DNA of 64,000 nt from Eubacteriales bacterium (lineage in GTDB: Bacteria > Bacillota > Clostridia > Oscillospirales > CAG-272): the NCBI GenBank assembly GCA_045646945.1, contig JAZRLS010000005.1, forward strand, positions 11,857-75,856. The letters run 5' to 3'. The position numbers and the translations under genes were made by a program. The notes under the pieces are model-generated. The model worked only from the letters and a program-made list of their open reading frames with translations, was not told the origin of the DNA and searched no databases. Shown piece by piece: positions 36,657-46,544 of this stretch. The stretch's first letter is position 1, and each line of letters starts with the position of its first letter.

Positions 36657-36692
36657 GTTTTGGCGGCTCAAAACGAGCCGCCAAAATTTTTA
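36657..36692 (+). terminator. intrinsic terminator
   Basis: TTTTGGCGGCTC-AAAAC-GAGCCGCCAAAA followed by a T-run. Confidence 0.85.
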
Positions 36693-36713
36693 AAAAAATT
36701 TTTTCAAAAACCT

Positions 36714-36741
36714 ATTGACAAACGAAAAAAGTGTGATATAA
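36714..36741 (+). promoter_or_regulatory. sigma-A promoter of the oxidative-stress operon
   Basis: TTGACA, 16-nt spacer, TATAAT, with a TG extended -10. Confidence 0.65.
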
Positions 36742-36781
36742 TATAATCAAGATCGATTCTCAATAAGGAGGGAGTATTAAG

Positions 36782-37192
36782 ATGGTGAATAAAGAAACCA
36801 CCCAAAAACGAAATACTCTGCAAAAGAGAATCGTTCAAGACGTCTTTTGCAGTATGCACAACCACCCCTCGGCGGGAATGGTGTACGAGGCAGTGCAGGA
36901 GAAATTCCCGGGCATCAGCCGCGCGACGGTCTATCGACTGCTCGCCGAAGCGGCAGAGGAGGGAAAGATCCAGCGCCTGAAGCTGATCGACGCGAACGAC
37001 CGTTACGATATTACCATGGGCACGCATCACCACGTGGTGTGTCGGACCTGCGGTGCTGTCGCAGATGTGAGTGTTGAGGTTGATCACGAACGCCTGAGCA
37101 AAGAAGCGGTGGGACACGAGGGCTTCTTCATTGAGGATTGCCACCTCGAGTTTGTCGGTACTTGCGAGAAATGTCGCAATCAAAATTATTAA
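36782..37192 (+). CDS. Fur family transcriptional repressor (PerR-like)
   Basis: 136 aa with ..ISRATVYRLL.., ..HHHVVCRTCG.. and a C-terminal CxxC (CEKC). Sits directly upstream of peroxide-detoxification genes. Confidence 0.8.
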   Translation: MVNKETTQKRNTLQKRIVQDVFCSMHNHPSAGMVYEAVQEKFPGISRATVYRLLAEAAEEGKIQRLKLIDANDRYDITMGTHHHVVCRTCGAVADVSVEVDHERLSKEAVGHEGFFIEDCHLEFVGTCEKCRNQNY

Positions 37193-37225
37193 AAAATTTT
37201 TTATTAAAAAAGGAGATCAAAAATC

Positions 37226-37771
37226 ATGGCAAAGTTTGTATGTTCTGTATGCGGTTACGTTCACGAGGGAGATGCTGCTCCCGAAAGATGCCCCCAGTGC
37301 AAGGTTCCTGCGGAGAAGTTCAACAAGATGGAAGAGAATAAGCTCTCTTGGGCGGCTGAGCACGTCGTCGGTGTAGCACAGGGTGCTCCCGAGGATATTA
37401 TGATGGATCTGCGCGCAAACTTCATGGGTGAGTGCACCGAAGTTGGTATGTACCTCGCAATGGCAAGAGTGGCACACCGCGAGGGTTATCCCGAGATCGG
37501 TCTTTACTGGGAAAAGGCAGCTTACGAGGAAGCAGAGCACGCTGCAAAGTTTGCTGAGCTTCTCGGTGAGGTTGTGACCGACAGCACCAAGAAGAATCTC
37601 GAGATGAGAGTTGCCGCAGAGAACGGTGCAACCGAGGGTAAGTTTGATCTCGCAAAGAGAGCAAAGGCACTCAACCTTGACGCAATCCACGATACCGTTC
37701 ACGAGATGGCGCGCGACGAAGCTCGTCACGGCAAGGCATTCGAGGGACTGCTCCAGAGATATTTCGGCTAA
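37226..37771 (+). CDS. rbr: rubrerythrin with N-terminal rubredoxin-like domain (reverse rubrerythrin)
   Basis: N-terminus CSVCGY...CPQC (rubredoxin-type FeS4), followed by a ferritin-like diiron domain with ExxH motifs ([16 protein letters not shown]). Confidence 0.85.
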   Translation: MAKFVCSVCGYVHEGDAAPERCPQCKVPAEKFNKMEENKLSWAAEHVVGVAQGAPEDIMMDLRANFMGECTEVGMYLAMARVAHREGYPEIGLYWEKAAYEEAEHAAKFAELLGEVVTDSTKKNLEMRVAAENGATEGKFDLAKRAKALNLDAIHDTVHEMARDEARHGKAFEGLLQRYFG

Positions 37772-37809
37772 TTTAAATACATCTGTCGACGACAGAGAAG
37801 GAGACAACA

Positions 37810-38319
37810 ATGAACGATAAGATCAAGGCACTGCTCAACGAGCAGATCAATAAAGAGCTTTACAGCGCGTACCTGTACGTAGATATTGCCAATTATTACG
37901 ATGAATTGGATCTCGATGGCTACGCAAACTATTATATGGTACAGGCACAAGAGGAGCGCGACCACGCACTGCTGTTTATGAAATATATGCAGAACAACGG
38001 TTGGAAGGTAACGCTCGAGGCGATCGCAAAGCCCGACAAGACCTATGGAAACATTCTTGATCCTCTCGAGGCTGCCGCAGAGCACGAGCGCTACGTCACC
38101 TCGCTGATCAACACGATCTACCACGAGTGCTATGAGGCAAGAGATTATCGTACGATGAAGTTCCTCGACTGGTTCGTTGACGAGCAGATGGAGGAAGAGG
38201 ACAACGCGGATTCGATGATCAACCGCTACAAGCTCTTCGGAAGCGATCCCAAGGGTCTGTACGCACTCGATCAGGAATACGCAGGTCGCGTTTATACCGC
38301 GCCGAGCCTCGTTCTTTGA
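37810..38319 (+). CDS. non-heme ferritin
   Basis: 169 aa with ..[15 protein letters not shown].., ..QAQEERDHA.. ferroxidase-centre residues typical of bacterial Ftn. Confidence 0.85.
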   Translation: MNDKIKALLNEQINKELYSAYLYVDIANYYDELDLDGYANYYMVQAQEERDHALLFMKYMQNNGWKVTLEAIAKPDKTYGNILDPLEAAAEHERYVTSLINTIYHECYEARDYRTMKFLDWFVDEQMEEEDNADSMINRYKLFGSDPKGLYALDQEYAGRVYTAPSLVL

Positions 38320-38345
38320 TCTGAATTTAGGTAACACTAATATCA

Positions 38346-38451
38346 GCCTCGCCCTTTGGGAGAGGTGGCGCCGTAAGGCGACGGAGAGGGAAAAGAATAC
38401 GACAAAGAGCCCTCTCACCTGCTTCGCAGGAGCTCCCCCAAAGGGGGAGCC
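38346..38451. repeat. two-hairpin inverted-doublet repeat (family B variant) inside the operon
   Basis: GCCTCGCCCTTTGGGAGAGGTGGCGCCGTAAGGCGACGGAGAGGG ... CCCTCTCACCTGCTTCGCAGGAGCTCCCCCAAAGGGGGAGCC. Confidence 0.7.
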
Positions 38452-38482
38452 TATGAAAAAATCGAAAAAGGAGAAAAAACCG

Positions 38483-38638
38483 ATGAAATACGTATGCCCC
38501 TGCGGCTATGAATACGATCCCGCTTTGGGCGATCCCGATAACGGTGTTGCACCCGGCACGGCTTGGGAGGACGTCCCCGCGGATTGGGTCTGCCCCGTCT
38601 GCGGACTTGACAAGGATTCGTTCGACGTTGCGGAATAA
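38483..38638 (+). CDS. rubredoxin
   Basis: [13 protein letters not shown]...DWVCPVCG has two CxxC pairs. AAGGAG RBS. The track start 38453 would begin inside the repeat. Confidence 0.9.
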   Translation: MKYVCPCGYEYDPALGDPDNGVAPGTAWEDVPADWVCPVCGLDKDSFDVAE

Positions 38639-38649
38639 GTGAATAAAAT

Positions 38650-38690
38650 AAAGAGAGCAGAGAACACTCTGCTCTCTTTGTTGCTTTTCG
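38650..38690 (+). terminator. intrinsic terminator (AGAGAGCAG-stem module)
   Basis: AAAGAGAGCAGAG-AACA-CTCTGCTCTCTTT followed by a T-rich tail. Confidence 0.8.
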
Positions 38691-38694
38691 AATG

Positions 38695-38730
38695 AAAAAA
38701 GGCAGTTTTCTAAGAAAACTGCCTTTTAAA
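38695..38730. terminator. bidirectional terminator
   Basis: GGCAGTTTTC-TAA-GAAAACTGCC flanked by A-runs and T-runs. It serves the convergent GH2 gene. Confidence 0.75.
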
Positions 38731-38761
38731 AATCAAGGGGATACTGCGGTACGTTGCAAGC

Positions 38762-41044
38762 TTATCCGTTCTTTTTCTTGGGTTTTTTGATACGGTTAAG
38801 CTTTTTATTCATTGCGAGAAGCTCTTCCTTGGTAAAGGAGATGTTCATCATTCCCATCATACTCGTCAGACGAAGTACCGTAAAGCCTCCCATCATCTGC
38901 ATCAGTCCACCGTCCGCCTTGAGATCGACGTCAAAGCCACCCGATTTCTTTCCTTCGGATTTTTCTTTCTTATTGGCATCCATCTTTTTCTTGATCTTCA
39001 AGCCAACGCCGATAAACCACATTTTTCCGCGCTTGGACTCCATGATGTCAGAAATCTTATCGTTGAGCGAGAAGCGTCCCTCGGGAGCGTCGATGTCGAA
39101 CCAGTTGAGCACTGCGCCCTTTTCTACGAGAACGTAGTCCATATTTCTCTCCTCGACCTTGCGGATCTTGCCCTCGTCGGTCAGATCGCCCGCCTTGGCA
39201 ACGATGGTGCTTTCACCAACGTTCGGTACGTCAAAGTAGAAGAAGTGATCTTCTGCCGTCTTCTTTCCGATGCTTTCGCCGTTGACGAAGAGCTCAACCT
39301 CGGGAAGGTTGGAGTAAACAGTCACCTTGGTGACGTCCTCAACTCGGTCAATATATCTCTTGGAGCAAAGGTGTACGAAGGGATCGACCTCGGGGGAAAC
39401 GAGCCATGCCTTATAAGCATAGAAGGAATCCTTCTTATACTTTCTGTCCATAGTCACAAGTCCCTTATGGTTCTGTCCGTTTTCACCGCCCTCGGCTCTG
39501 GCATCGGCACCGAAATCGAACATATTCCAAACGTGCGTTGCCCAGAGATATTTTCTGGTAAAGAGCTGCTTGATCAGCTCCTCGTGGTAGTAGGACTGAT
39601 ATTCCTCGGTGTAGTCGCCCTGCTTGGGATCGGAGGTATGCCAGTTGAGAGCCTCACAGCCGTACTCGGAGCATCCGATCGGAATGGTGGGGTGCATCTG
39701 GTGGAACTTGTCAAACCAAGGACCGTTCATCGAGGTATCTCCGCCGTACCAACCGAAGTAGTGGTTGTAGGATACCACGTCGGGAATCAGAAGATAGGGG
39801 TCGTCCATTTTGCACATCGAAACTGCGGCAATGGTGGTCAGACGAGTCTTATCCATCTCGTGCACGAGATCGTTGAGAATGCGATGGTTCTCGAGCAGAT
39901 CCTCATCCGAGCCTGCGATGGAGATCTCGTTGGAAAGTCCCCAAACGACGATCGAGGGGTGGTTGTAGTTCTGAGCAATCAGTTCCTTCATCTGCGAGAT
40001 TGTGTTTTCACGTCCTGTGGGCATATGCTTCGAGATATAAGGGATCTCTGCCCAGATGACAAGACCGCGCTCGTCACACAGATCGTAGAAATACTGATCG
40101 TGCTGATAGTGTGCAAGACGGATCGTGGTAGCGCCAACCTCGCAAATGAGGTCGATATCCTCTACGTGATGCTCGGGAAGCAGCGCGTTTCCAACGCCCC
40201 ATCTGTCCTGATGACGGGATACGCCGCGAAGCGGGTATTCTTCACCGTTGAGAATAAATCCACGGTCGGGATCGATCTGGAAGCTACGGCAACCAAATCG
40301 ATTGCAAACGTTATCCAGTACCTCGCCGTTTTCAACAATTTCCACCTCACAGCAGTAGAGGTAAGGATCCTTTCTTCCGTGCCACAGGTGCACGTCCTTG
40401 ATTTCAAAGGTGACACGGCTTTCGGTAGTTTCGATTTTTTGAAGCTCGTTTTCGTCCTTGTCGTAGATCGTGTAAACCAGCTTCTGTCCATCGTTCAGAT
40501 TTTTTACGAATGCCTCAACCGTCACGGTAGCGTCAGCACCGTGGACGGTGGGGGTAATCTGAATGCCGGGAGCTCCGTAATAATCAAGATCGAAGTGAGT
40601 ATTGTTGACGCATACGAGATTTACATCTCGGTACAGACCTCCGTAGAAGGTGAAGTCTGCCATCTGAGGATAAACGGTTTCATTGACGGTATTTTCAACA
40701 ACAACTGCGATCTCGGTCGTATCGGTGAGCTCGTCCGTAATATTGACTCTCCAAGTGGAGTAACCGCCGTCGTGGTGCGCCAGCTTTTTGCCGCCCACGT
40801 ACACGTCAGCCGATGCATTGGCACCTCGGAACTCGAGATAGTAGAGGTCAGCGGCAGGAAGGTCGGCACGATTCAGTGCTTTGACGTAAAGACAATATCC
40901 GCGGAAGTAATCGTTTCCGCCGTCGTAGCCGTCCTCGGAGTTCCATGAATGAGGAAGGTTTACCTCTATCCCCTCACGCAGGGTGATGTCGGAGGTATCT
41001 TTGGTAAATAGCCAGTTTTCGTTCAATTTAATAATATTTCTCAC
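38762..41044 (-). CDS. glycoside hydrolase family 2, probable beta-glucuronidase
   Basis: 760 aa with a GTG start after AAAGGAG. GH2 sugar-binding, Ig-like and TIM domains (..WGLSNEI.. acid/base region, ..CSEYG.. nucleophile region), and N-x-K (GQNHKGLVTMDRK) at the position of the glucuronide-carboxylate-binding motif. Uronate-catabolic gene context. Confidence 0.75.
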   Translation of the reverse strand: MRNIIKLNENWLFTKDTSDITLREGIEVNLPHSWNSEDGYDGGNDYFRGYCLYVKALNRADLPAADLYYLEFRGANASADVYVGGKKLAHHDGGYSTWRVNITDELTDTTEIAVVVENTVNETVYPQMADFTFYGGLYRDVNLVCVNNTHFDLDYYGAPGIQITPTVHGADATVTVEAFVKNLNDGQKLVYTIYDKDENELQKIETTESRVTFEIKDVHLWHGRKDPYLYCCEVEIVENGEVLDNVCNRFGCRSFQIDPDRGFILNGEEYPLRGVSRHQDRWGVGNALLPEHHVEDIDLICEVGATTIRLAHYQHDQYFYDLCDERGLVIWAEIPYISKHMPTGRENTISQMKELIAQNYNHPSIVVWGLSNEISIAGSDEDLLENHRILNDLVHEMDKTRLTTIAAVSMCKMDDPYLLIPDVVSYNHYFGWYGGDTSMNGPWFDKFHQMHPTIPIGCSEYGCEALNWHTSDPKQGDYTEEYQSYYHEELIKQLFTRKYLWATHVWNMFDFGADARAEGGENGQNHKGLVTMDRKYKKDSFYAYKAWLVSPEVDPFVHLCSKRYIDRVEDVTKVTVYSNLPEVELFVNGESIGKKTAEDHFFYFDVPNVGESTIVAKAGDLTDEGKIRKVEERNMDYVLVEKGAVLNWFDIDAPEGRFSLNDKISDIMESKRGKMWFIGVGLKIKKKMDANKKEKSEGKKSGGFDVDLKADGGLMQMMGGFTVLRLTSMMGMMNISFTKEELLAMNKKLNRIKKPKKKNG

Positions 41045-41112
41045 GTTATTTCTCCTTTGATTGAAGTAAGGGTGTCCAACGCATTTGTGTCGGACACCCG
41101 AATTTCATGCAA

Positions 41113-42570
41113 TTAAGCAAGATTGTCGGAATCTTCTGCGCTCGTATAAGTCAAAACGTCGTCTGCTTCTACATCACGACCAAGATCCTTGTTCATTTGA
41201 GCAAGTGTTTTCTTATCGAGGTTGTAGATCACTCCAAGTCCAATAAACTGAAGAATTGCGGAGAACAGGAAAGTAGCAGCAACGATATATCTCATGTTGA
41301 CAGCGACCTGCCATACCTGGTTACCTTCATTGGCACCAACGTAGCCGAATGCGACCATGATGATGAGAACGAGAGAGGGACCGATGCCCTGTGCGAGCTT
41401 ACGGAAGAAGGAGTGCAGCGAGTATACCACACCCTCCTCGCGAGTGCCAAATTTCCACTCGTTGTAGTCGATCGCGTCGCCCATCATTGCCCAAGAAACC
41501 GTGGAGTAGATACCAAGTCCGAGGGAGAAGAAGAGCTGGCAGACGACGTAGAGAATTAAGTCAAGTCCCGTATTGTTGGGCGTAATGATGAAAAGTCCAA
41601 GACCTGCCACGATGGAAACAATCGATCCAAAGGTAGCAAGCTCTTTTTTACCGAATCTTGCTACTGCCTTTCTTGCTAAGGGCGTGAAGAGAACGATCGG
41701 AATCATAGCAAAGAGCTGAATAATACCCGAGATCTGAACGTTCTTAAAGTACGACTGGAAGACGACGGTTACCGCAGTGGTTGCCCCCTGCATACCGATG
41801 AACATACCCATAGCGGCAATGGTAGCACCGACGGCGGGACGGTTCTTGATAAAGTTGCCGAATGCTTTGAATACGTTGAACTTGGGAGCATCTTCTTTCA
41901 GCTCAACGTTGGTTTCTACACGAATCTCGGTATTTCTTATCATAAACTGGAAGCAGATAAATCCGAGCACACCCATAATGAGAGCCGCGATAAATACGCG
42001 CTCACCGATCAGGTTGTTGTCGGAATCGTAAATAATAAAGGGGAGAATTACCATGGGAAGCATGTTTCCGAAGATCGATCCGATCGAACGCCAAGCGGAG
42101 AGAGAGGCTCTGTCCTTGACGTCATTGGAGATCAGCGAAAGCAGCGAGCCGTACGGTACGTTCGCAACCGTATAGAATGCGTCCCAAACCACGTAGCCTG
42201 CGATAAAGATAATAATTTTTGCAGCCACAGGTGCATTCGGGAAGGGGAGGAAACAGCAAGCTCCGCCGACGATCAGACCGATCGAACCGATGAAAATATA
42301 CTGAAGGAACTTGTTTCTCTTGTACTTGTGCTTGTCCGCGTCGATGATAGAACCAATCAACGGATCGTTGATGGCATCCCAAACCTGAACCACGATGAGA
42401 AGGAGCGCATACCAAAGGTCGAGCTTCATAAACTGTGTCCAGAAGATCGCCATGGTACCCTTGAGAGCAAAGCTCATATTGCAACCGAGGTCGCCTGCGG
42501 CGTACGCAATACTGTCGCGTATGCCAAATTTTCGATGCCCGTTGGCATCCAATTTCTTTTCTTTTTTCAT
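41113..42570 (-). CDS. glycoside-pentoside-hexuronide (GPH):cation symporter, probable glucuronide transporter
   Basis: 12-TM MFS-like protein with ..GIRDSIAYAAGDLGCN.. and the ..DAINDPLIGSIID.. GPH signature. The second ATG is preferred for RBS spacing. Confidence 0.8.
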   Translation of the reverse strand: MKKEKKLDANGHRKFGIRDSIAYAAGDLGCNMSFALKGTMAIFWTQFMKLDLWYALLLIVVQVWDAINDPLIGSIIDADKHKYKRNKFLQYIFIGSIGLIVGGACCFLPFPNAPVAAKIIIFIAGYVVWDAFYTVANVPYGSLLSLISNDVKDRASLSAWRSIGSIFGNMLPMVILPFIIYDSDNNLIGERVFIAALIMGVLGFICFQFMIRNTEIRVETNVELKEDAPKFNVFKAFGNFIKNRPAVGATIAAMGMFIGMQGATTAVTVVFQSYFKNVQISGIIQLFAMIPIVLFTPLARKAVARFGKKELATFGSIVSIVAGLGLFIITPNNTGLDLILYVVCQLFFSLGLGIYSTVSWAMMGDAIDYNEWKFGTREEGVVYSLHSFFRKLAQGIGPSLVLIIMVAFGYVGANEGNQVWQVAVNMRYIVAATFLFSAILQFIGLGVIYNLDKKTLAQMNKDLGRDVEADDVLTYTSAEDSDNLA

Positions 42571-42789
42571 TGTCATTTCCTCTTTCTGATTTTTTTGAAA
42601 AAGCGCGATGATAACAATATTATTATACTATCCAAAATTAAAAAATGGTAGTATAAATTTCATCTGTTTTTGTATTATTTTCATTTTATTCTTGTTTTTC
42701 TTGTTGCAATTATCAAAATTATATGATATAATATCCTTGAAAAAGGATAAATTTACCCAAAATCATCCGTTTGGGGAAGGGTGGGAGTT

Positions 42790-44019
42790 ATGATGAATTA
42801 CGACTACGAATTGAACTTCTTTTCGGATATTCTAAAAAAATGTCATATTCCGACGGCAGTCGTTTCCCCGAACGAACGAGCCGATGCCGTAATCGACGCA
42901 AATCTTTTTAAAATTCTCAGCTCCACCTCCGACCAGTCGGTCTCACAGCTTCTCGGTCCGATGCAGGACAAAACGAAATACAAGCTGATCAATGAATTCA
43001 AGCTTCATTATATTTATATGAAGCTTCCTGTCCAAGACGAGAAAAATATTTTGTTGATCGGACCGTATCTCTTTGCCCCCCTCTCTTCCAAGGACGTTTT
43101 GGAAATCAGCGAAAAACTCGGTCTTCCGCTCGCTGTTCAAAAGCCACTTTTGGAATATTATTTCACCGTACCGATTCTTTCCGAGAACGACAAGCTGTTT
43201 ATGATGATCGACGCATTTTGCGAACGGATCTGGCAAACGCCGTCGTTTGCAATCGTGGAAGTCAATCAAGGCTACGCGTCTTCCGTGATTCACGCCGAAG
43301 CCGCTGCGCGCGGTGAAAGCTTTGACGAAATTGAAGCAAACATCAAAATGATGGAGCTTCGCTATTCCGTTGAAAACGAGCTGATGCGCGCCGTTTCCCT
43401 CGGTCAGCAACATAAGGAGCCTCTGCTGATCTCCAAGCTTAACGAAAACATCTTTGAGCGACGCGCGGCAGATCCCTTGCGAAATGCAAAAAATTACTGT
43501 ATTATTATGAATACTCTGCTCCGCAAGGCGGCGGAAAATGGCGGAGTGCATCCGATCTATATTGATAGCATCTCCTCCAAATTTGCAATGAGAATCGAAC
43601 TGCTCTCCGATACCAAGGCGTGTACCGAAATGATGCGGGAAATGTTTTCCTCATATTGCCGTCTGGTCTACAAGCATTCGACCAAGCGATATTCTCCCAT
43701 CGTACAAAAAACGATCCTGACCATTGACTCGGATATTTCCGCAGAACTCTCTCTGAAAAATCTTGCAATGATGCAAGGAATCAGCTCAGGATATCTTGCG
43801 ACGATCTTCAAAAAGGAAACCAAAAAAACGGTTTCGGAGTATATCAACGACAAGCGCATCGAGCACGCAATGTATCTTCTCAGCACGACTTATCTGCAGA
43901 TACAGACGATTGCCCTGCATTGCGGAATTATGGACGTACAGTATTTTTCCAAAATATTCAAGAAAAAAACAGGAAAGAACCCCAAGGAATACCGAGAGGC
44001 GGTTCGAAAACAATTATAA
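42790..44019 (+). CDS. AraC family transcriptional regulator (large N-terminal sensor domain)
   Basis: C-terminal ..MMQGISSGYLATIFKKETKKTVSEYINDKRIEHAMYLL....IALHCGIMDVQYFSKIFKKKTGKNPKEYRE. Confidence 0.85.
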   Translation: MMNYDYELNFFSDILKKCHIPTAVVSPNERADAVIDANLFKILSSTSDQSVSQLLGPMQDKTKYKLINEFKLHYIYMKLPVQDEKNILLIGPYLFAPLSSKDVLEISEKLGLPLAVQKPLLEYYFTVPILSENDKLFMMIDAFCERIWQTPSFAIVEVNQGYASSVIHAEAAARGESFDEIEANIKMMELRYSVENELMRAVSLGQQHKEPLLISKLNENIFERRAADPLRNAKNYCIIMNTLLRKAAENGGVHPIYIDSISSKFAMRIELLSDTKACTEMMREMFSSYCRLVYKHSTKRYSPIVQKTILTIDSDISAELSLKNLAMMQGISSGYLATIFKKETKKTVSEYINDKRIEHAMYLLSTTYLQIQTIALHCGIMDVQYFSKIFKKKTGKNPKEYREAVRKQL

Positions 44020-44036
44020 CGATCGAGGAGACCTTT

Positions 44037-45428
44037 ATGACTTTTTTGGATAAGGATTTTCTTTTACACACCAAAACCGCTCAATGGCTTTATGCCGAGC
44101 ACGCACAACATTTGCCCATCATTGATTATCATTGCCACGTAAATCCCAAGGAAATCTGGGAGGACAAAAAATTTTCCAACATTACCGAGCTTTGGCTCGG
44201 CGGTGACCATTACAAATGGCGACTGATGCGATCGAACGGTGTGGACGAGTATTATATTACCGGAGATGCACCCGCAAAGGAGAAATTTTTCAAGTTTGCC
44301 GAGCTGTTGCCCAAGGCAATCGGAAATCCGATGTATCATTGGTGTCATCTCGAACTGAAAAACTATTTTGGCTACGGGGGAACGCTTTCGAAGGAGTCTG
44401 CGGAGGAGGTATGGTCGCTTTGCAACGAAAAGCTGAAAACAATGAGCGCACGAAGCATTATCCGCAATAGCAACGTAGCCTTCATCGGCACGACCGACGA
44501 TCCCATCGATTCCTTAGAGTATCATAAGCTTCTTGCTACGGACGAGAGCTTTGATACGGTTGTTGCGCCCTCCTTCCGTCCCGATAAAGCATTCAATATC
44601 GATAAGGATGGTTGGAGAGAATATATCGCAAAACTCTCCGAGGTGTCGGGAGTGGAAATCCACGATCTCGCCACACTCAAAGAGGCTCTTCGCCTGAGAA
44701 TCGAATTTTTCGCGCAAAACGGCTGCCGCGCAAGTGACCACGGGCTTGACCGAATGGTATATGCAGAGGCGACCGAAGAATGCCTCAACCGTCTGATCGA
44801 ACGCGGTCTTTCGGGAGAGAAGATCGGTGCAGACGAGGCAGAGGCACTCAAAACCGAGCTTTTGGTCTTCTGCGCGGGTGAGTATTTCCGACTTGGTTGG
44901 GTGATGCAGTTGCATTACAACTGTATCAGGAATCCCAACTCCAAAATGCTCGCCGAGCTTGGTCCTGACACAGGCTTTGACTGTATCGGTCCTGACAACG
45001 GTTCCCGAAAACTCGCAAGCCTGCTCGACAGAATGAACCTTACAGCGTCTCTGCCCAAAACCATCATATATAGCTTAGACGCCTCTGACAATGCTTTCAT
45101 CGACACGCTCATCGGAGCCTTTCAGGGAACCGAAATCGCAGGCAAGCTTCAGCACGGAAGCGCGTGGTGGTTCAACGACAACAAACAAGGAATGCGAGAT
45201 CAGCTCGTCAGCCTTGCTAACCTCTCTCTGCTTGGCAATTTCGTGGGTATGCTGACCGATTCAAGAAGCTTTCTCAGCTACACCCGACACGAATATTTCC
45301 GCCGCATCCTTTGCGGTCTGATCGGAGAGTGGGTGGAAAACGGCGAATATCCCGAAGACCGTGCCGCCCTTTCGGCAATCGTTGAGGGAATTTGCTTCTA
45401 TAACGCAAAAAATTATTTTGGATTATAA
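44037..45428 (+). CDS. uxaC: glucuronate isomerase
   Basis: MTFLDKDFLLHTKTAQWLYAEHAQHLPIIDYHCH.. is the canonical UxaC N-terminus. 463 aa from the ATG after GAGGAG. Confidence 0.92.
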   Translation: MTFLDKDFLLHTKTAQWLYAEHAQHLPIIDYHCHVNPKEIWEDKKFSNITELWLGGDHYKWRLMRSNGVDEYYITGDAPAKEKFFKFAELLPKAIGNPMYHWCHLELKNYFGYGGTLSKESAEEVWSLCNEKLKTMSARSIIRNSNVAFIGTTDDPIDSLEYHKLLATDESFDTVVAPSFRPDKAFNIDKDGWREYIAKLSEVSGVEIHDLATLKEALRLRIEFFAQNGCRASDHGLDRMVYAEATEECLNRLIERGLSGEKIGADEAEALKTELLVFCAGEYFRLGWVMQLHYNCIRNPNSKMLAELGPDTGFDCIGPDNGSRKLASLLDRMNLTASLPKTIIYSLDASDNAFIDTLIGAFQGTEIAGKLQHGSAWWFNDNKQGMRDQLVSLANLSLLGNFVGMLTDSRSFLSYTRHEYFRRILCGLIGEWVENGEYPEDRAALSAIVEGICFYNAKNYFGL

Positions 45429-45446
45429 AAATCAAGGAGAAACTCT

Positions 45447-46532
45447 ATGCCTATGAAAATGACTTTCCGATGGTACGGTGAGGGAAATGACCGCATCAAA
45501 CTATCGGATATCAAACAGATCCCCGGCGTGGACGGCATCGTTTGGGCGCTTCACCACAAGATGCCCGGCGAGGTCTGGGAAATCGATGAGATCGCTGAGG
45601 TCAAGCGTCAGCTCGATGAGTACGGCTTTAATATGGACGTGGTGGAATCAGTCAACGTTCACGATGACATCAAGATCGGTCTGCCCACGCGTGACGCGTA
45701 CATTGAAAACTACAAAACCACCATTCGCAACCTTTCGAAGTTTGGTGTCAAGGTCATCTGCTATAACTTTATGCCGATCTTCGACTGGACGCGCTCAAAT
45801 CTCTTTCACCCCGTCGGTGACGGCTCGACCGCGCTCTTCTACGAGAAGAACATGATTCAGGACGACTACAACGCGATGGCAAAATACATTCTCGACTTTA
45901 CCGAGAAGTACAATATGTCCTTCCCGGGTTGGGAACCCGAGAGAATGGCAAAGCTCGACGAGCTCTTCAAAGCGTACGAGGGAGTGGACCACGAAAAGCT
46001 TTGGGGAAATCTCAAGTATTTCCTTGAAGCAATTATGCCCACCTGCCGCGAGTGCGACATCAAAATGGCAATCCATATGGATGATCCGCCTTGGGATATT
46101 TTCGGCTTACCGAGACTTTTGATCAACGAGCCGAACATTGACCGATTCCTCAAGATGGTCGATGACGAATATAACTGTCTGACACTCTGCTCAGGAAGCC
46201 TCAATGCCGATCCAAACAACAACGTTGCCGAAATCGTTCGCAAGCATTGCGACCGCATTGCGTTTGCTCATATCAGAAACGTAAAGCATTTTGAAAACGG
46301 TGATTTCTCCGAAGCAAGTCACAGAGATTGCGACGGTGATACTGGCATTCTTGAGATTCTCAAAGCCTACCACGATTGCGGCTTTGAAGGATATATCCGT
46401 CCCGACCACGGCAGACACCTTTGGGATGAGGGACCCGGAAACGTCCGTCCCGGTTACGGTCTTTACGACCGCGCACTCGGCATTATGTATATGCTTGGTG
46501 TTTGGGACAGCCTTGAAAAATTCGATAAATAA
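45447..46532 (+). CDS. uxuA: mannonate dehydratase
   Basis: MKMTFRWYGE..D.I.L..I.QIPGV.GIV.AL is the conserved UxuA N-terminus. 361 aa. Confidence 0.9.
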   Translation: MPMKMTFRWYGEGNDRIKLSDIKQIPGVDGIVWALHHKMPGEVWEIDEIAEVKRQLDEYGFNMDVVESVNVHDDIKIGLPTRDAYIENYKTTIRNLSKFGVKVICYNFMPIFDWTRSNLFHPVGDGSTALFYEKNMIQDDYNAMAKYILDFTEKYNMSFPGWEPERMAKLDELFKAYEGVDHEKLWGNLKYFLEAIMPTCRECDIKMAIHMDDPPWDIFGLPRLLINEPNIDRFLKMVDDEYNCLTLCSGSLNADPNNNVAEIVRKHCDRIAFAHIRNVKHFENGDFSEASHRDCDGDTGILEILKAYHDCGFEGYIRPDHGRHLWDEGPGNVRPGYGLYDRALGIMYMLGVWDSLEKFDK

Positions 46533-46544
46533 GGAGATACGAAG

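Noticed and set aside
38453-38482. Upstream start ([10 protein letters not shown]...) for rubredoxin as listed in the ORF track.
   Set aside because: That start lies at the edge of the family B repeat and has no RBS. ATG 38483 has AAGGAG at proper spacing and gives a canonical 51-aa rubredoxin.
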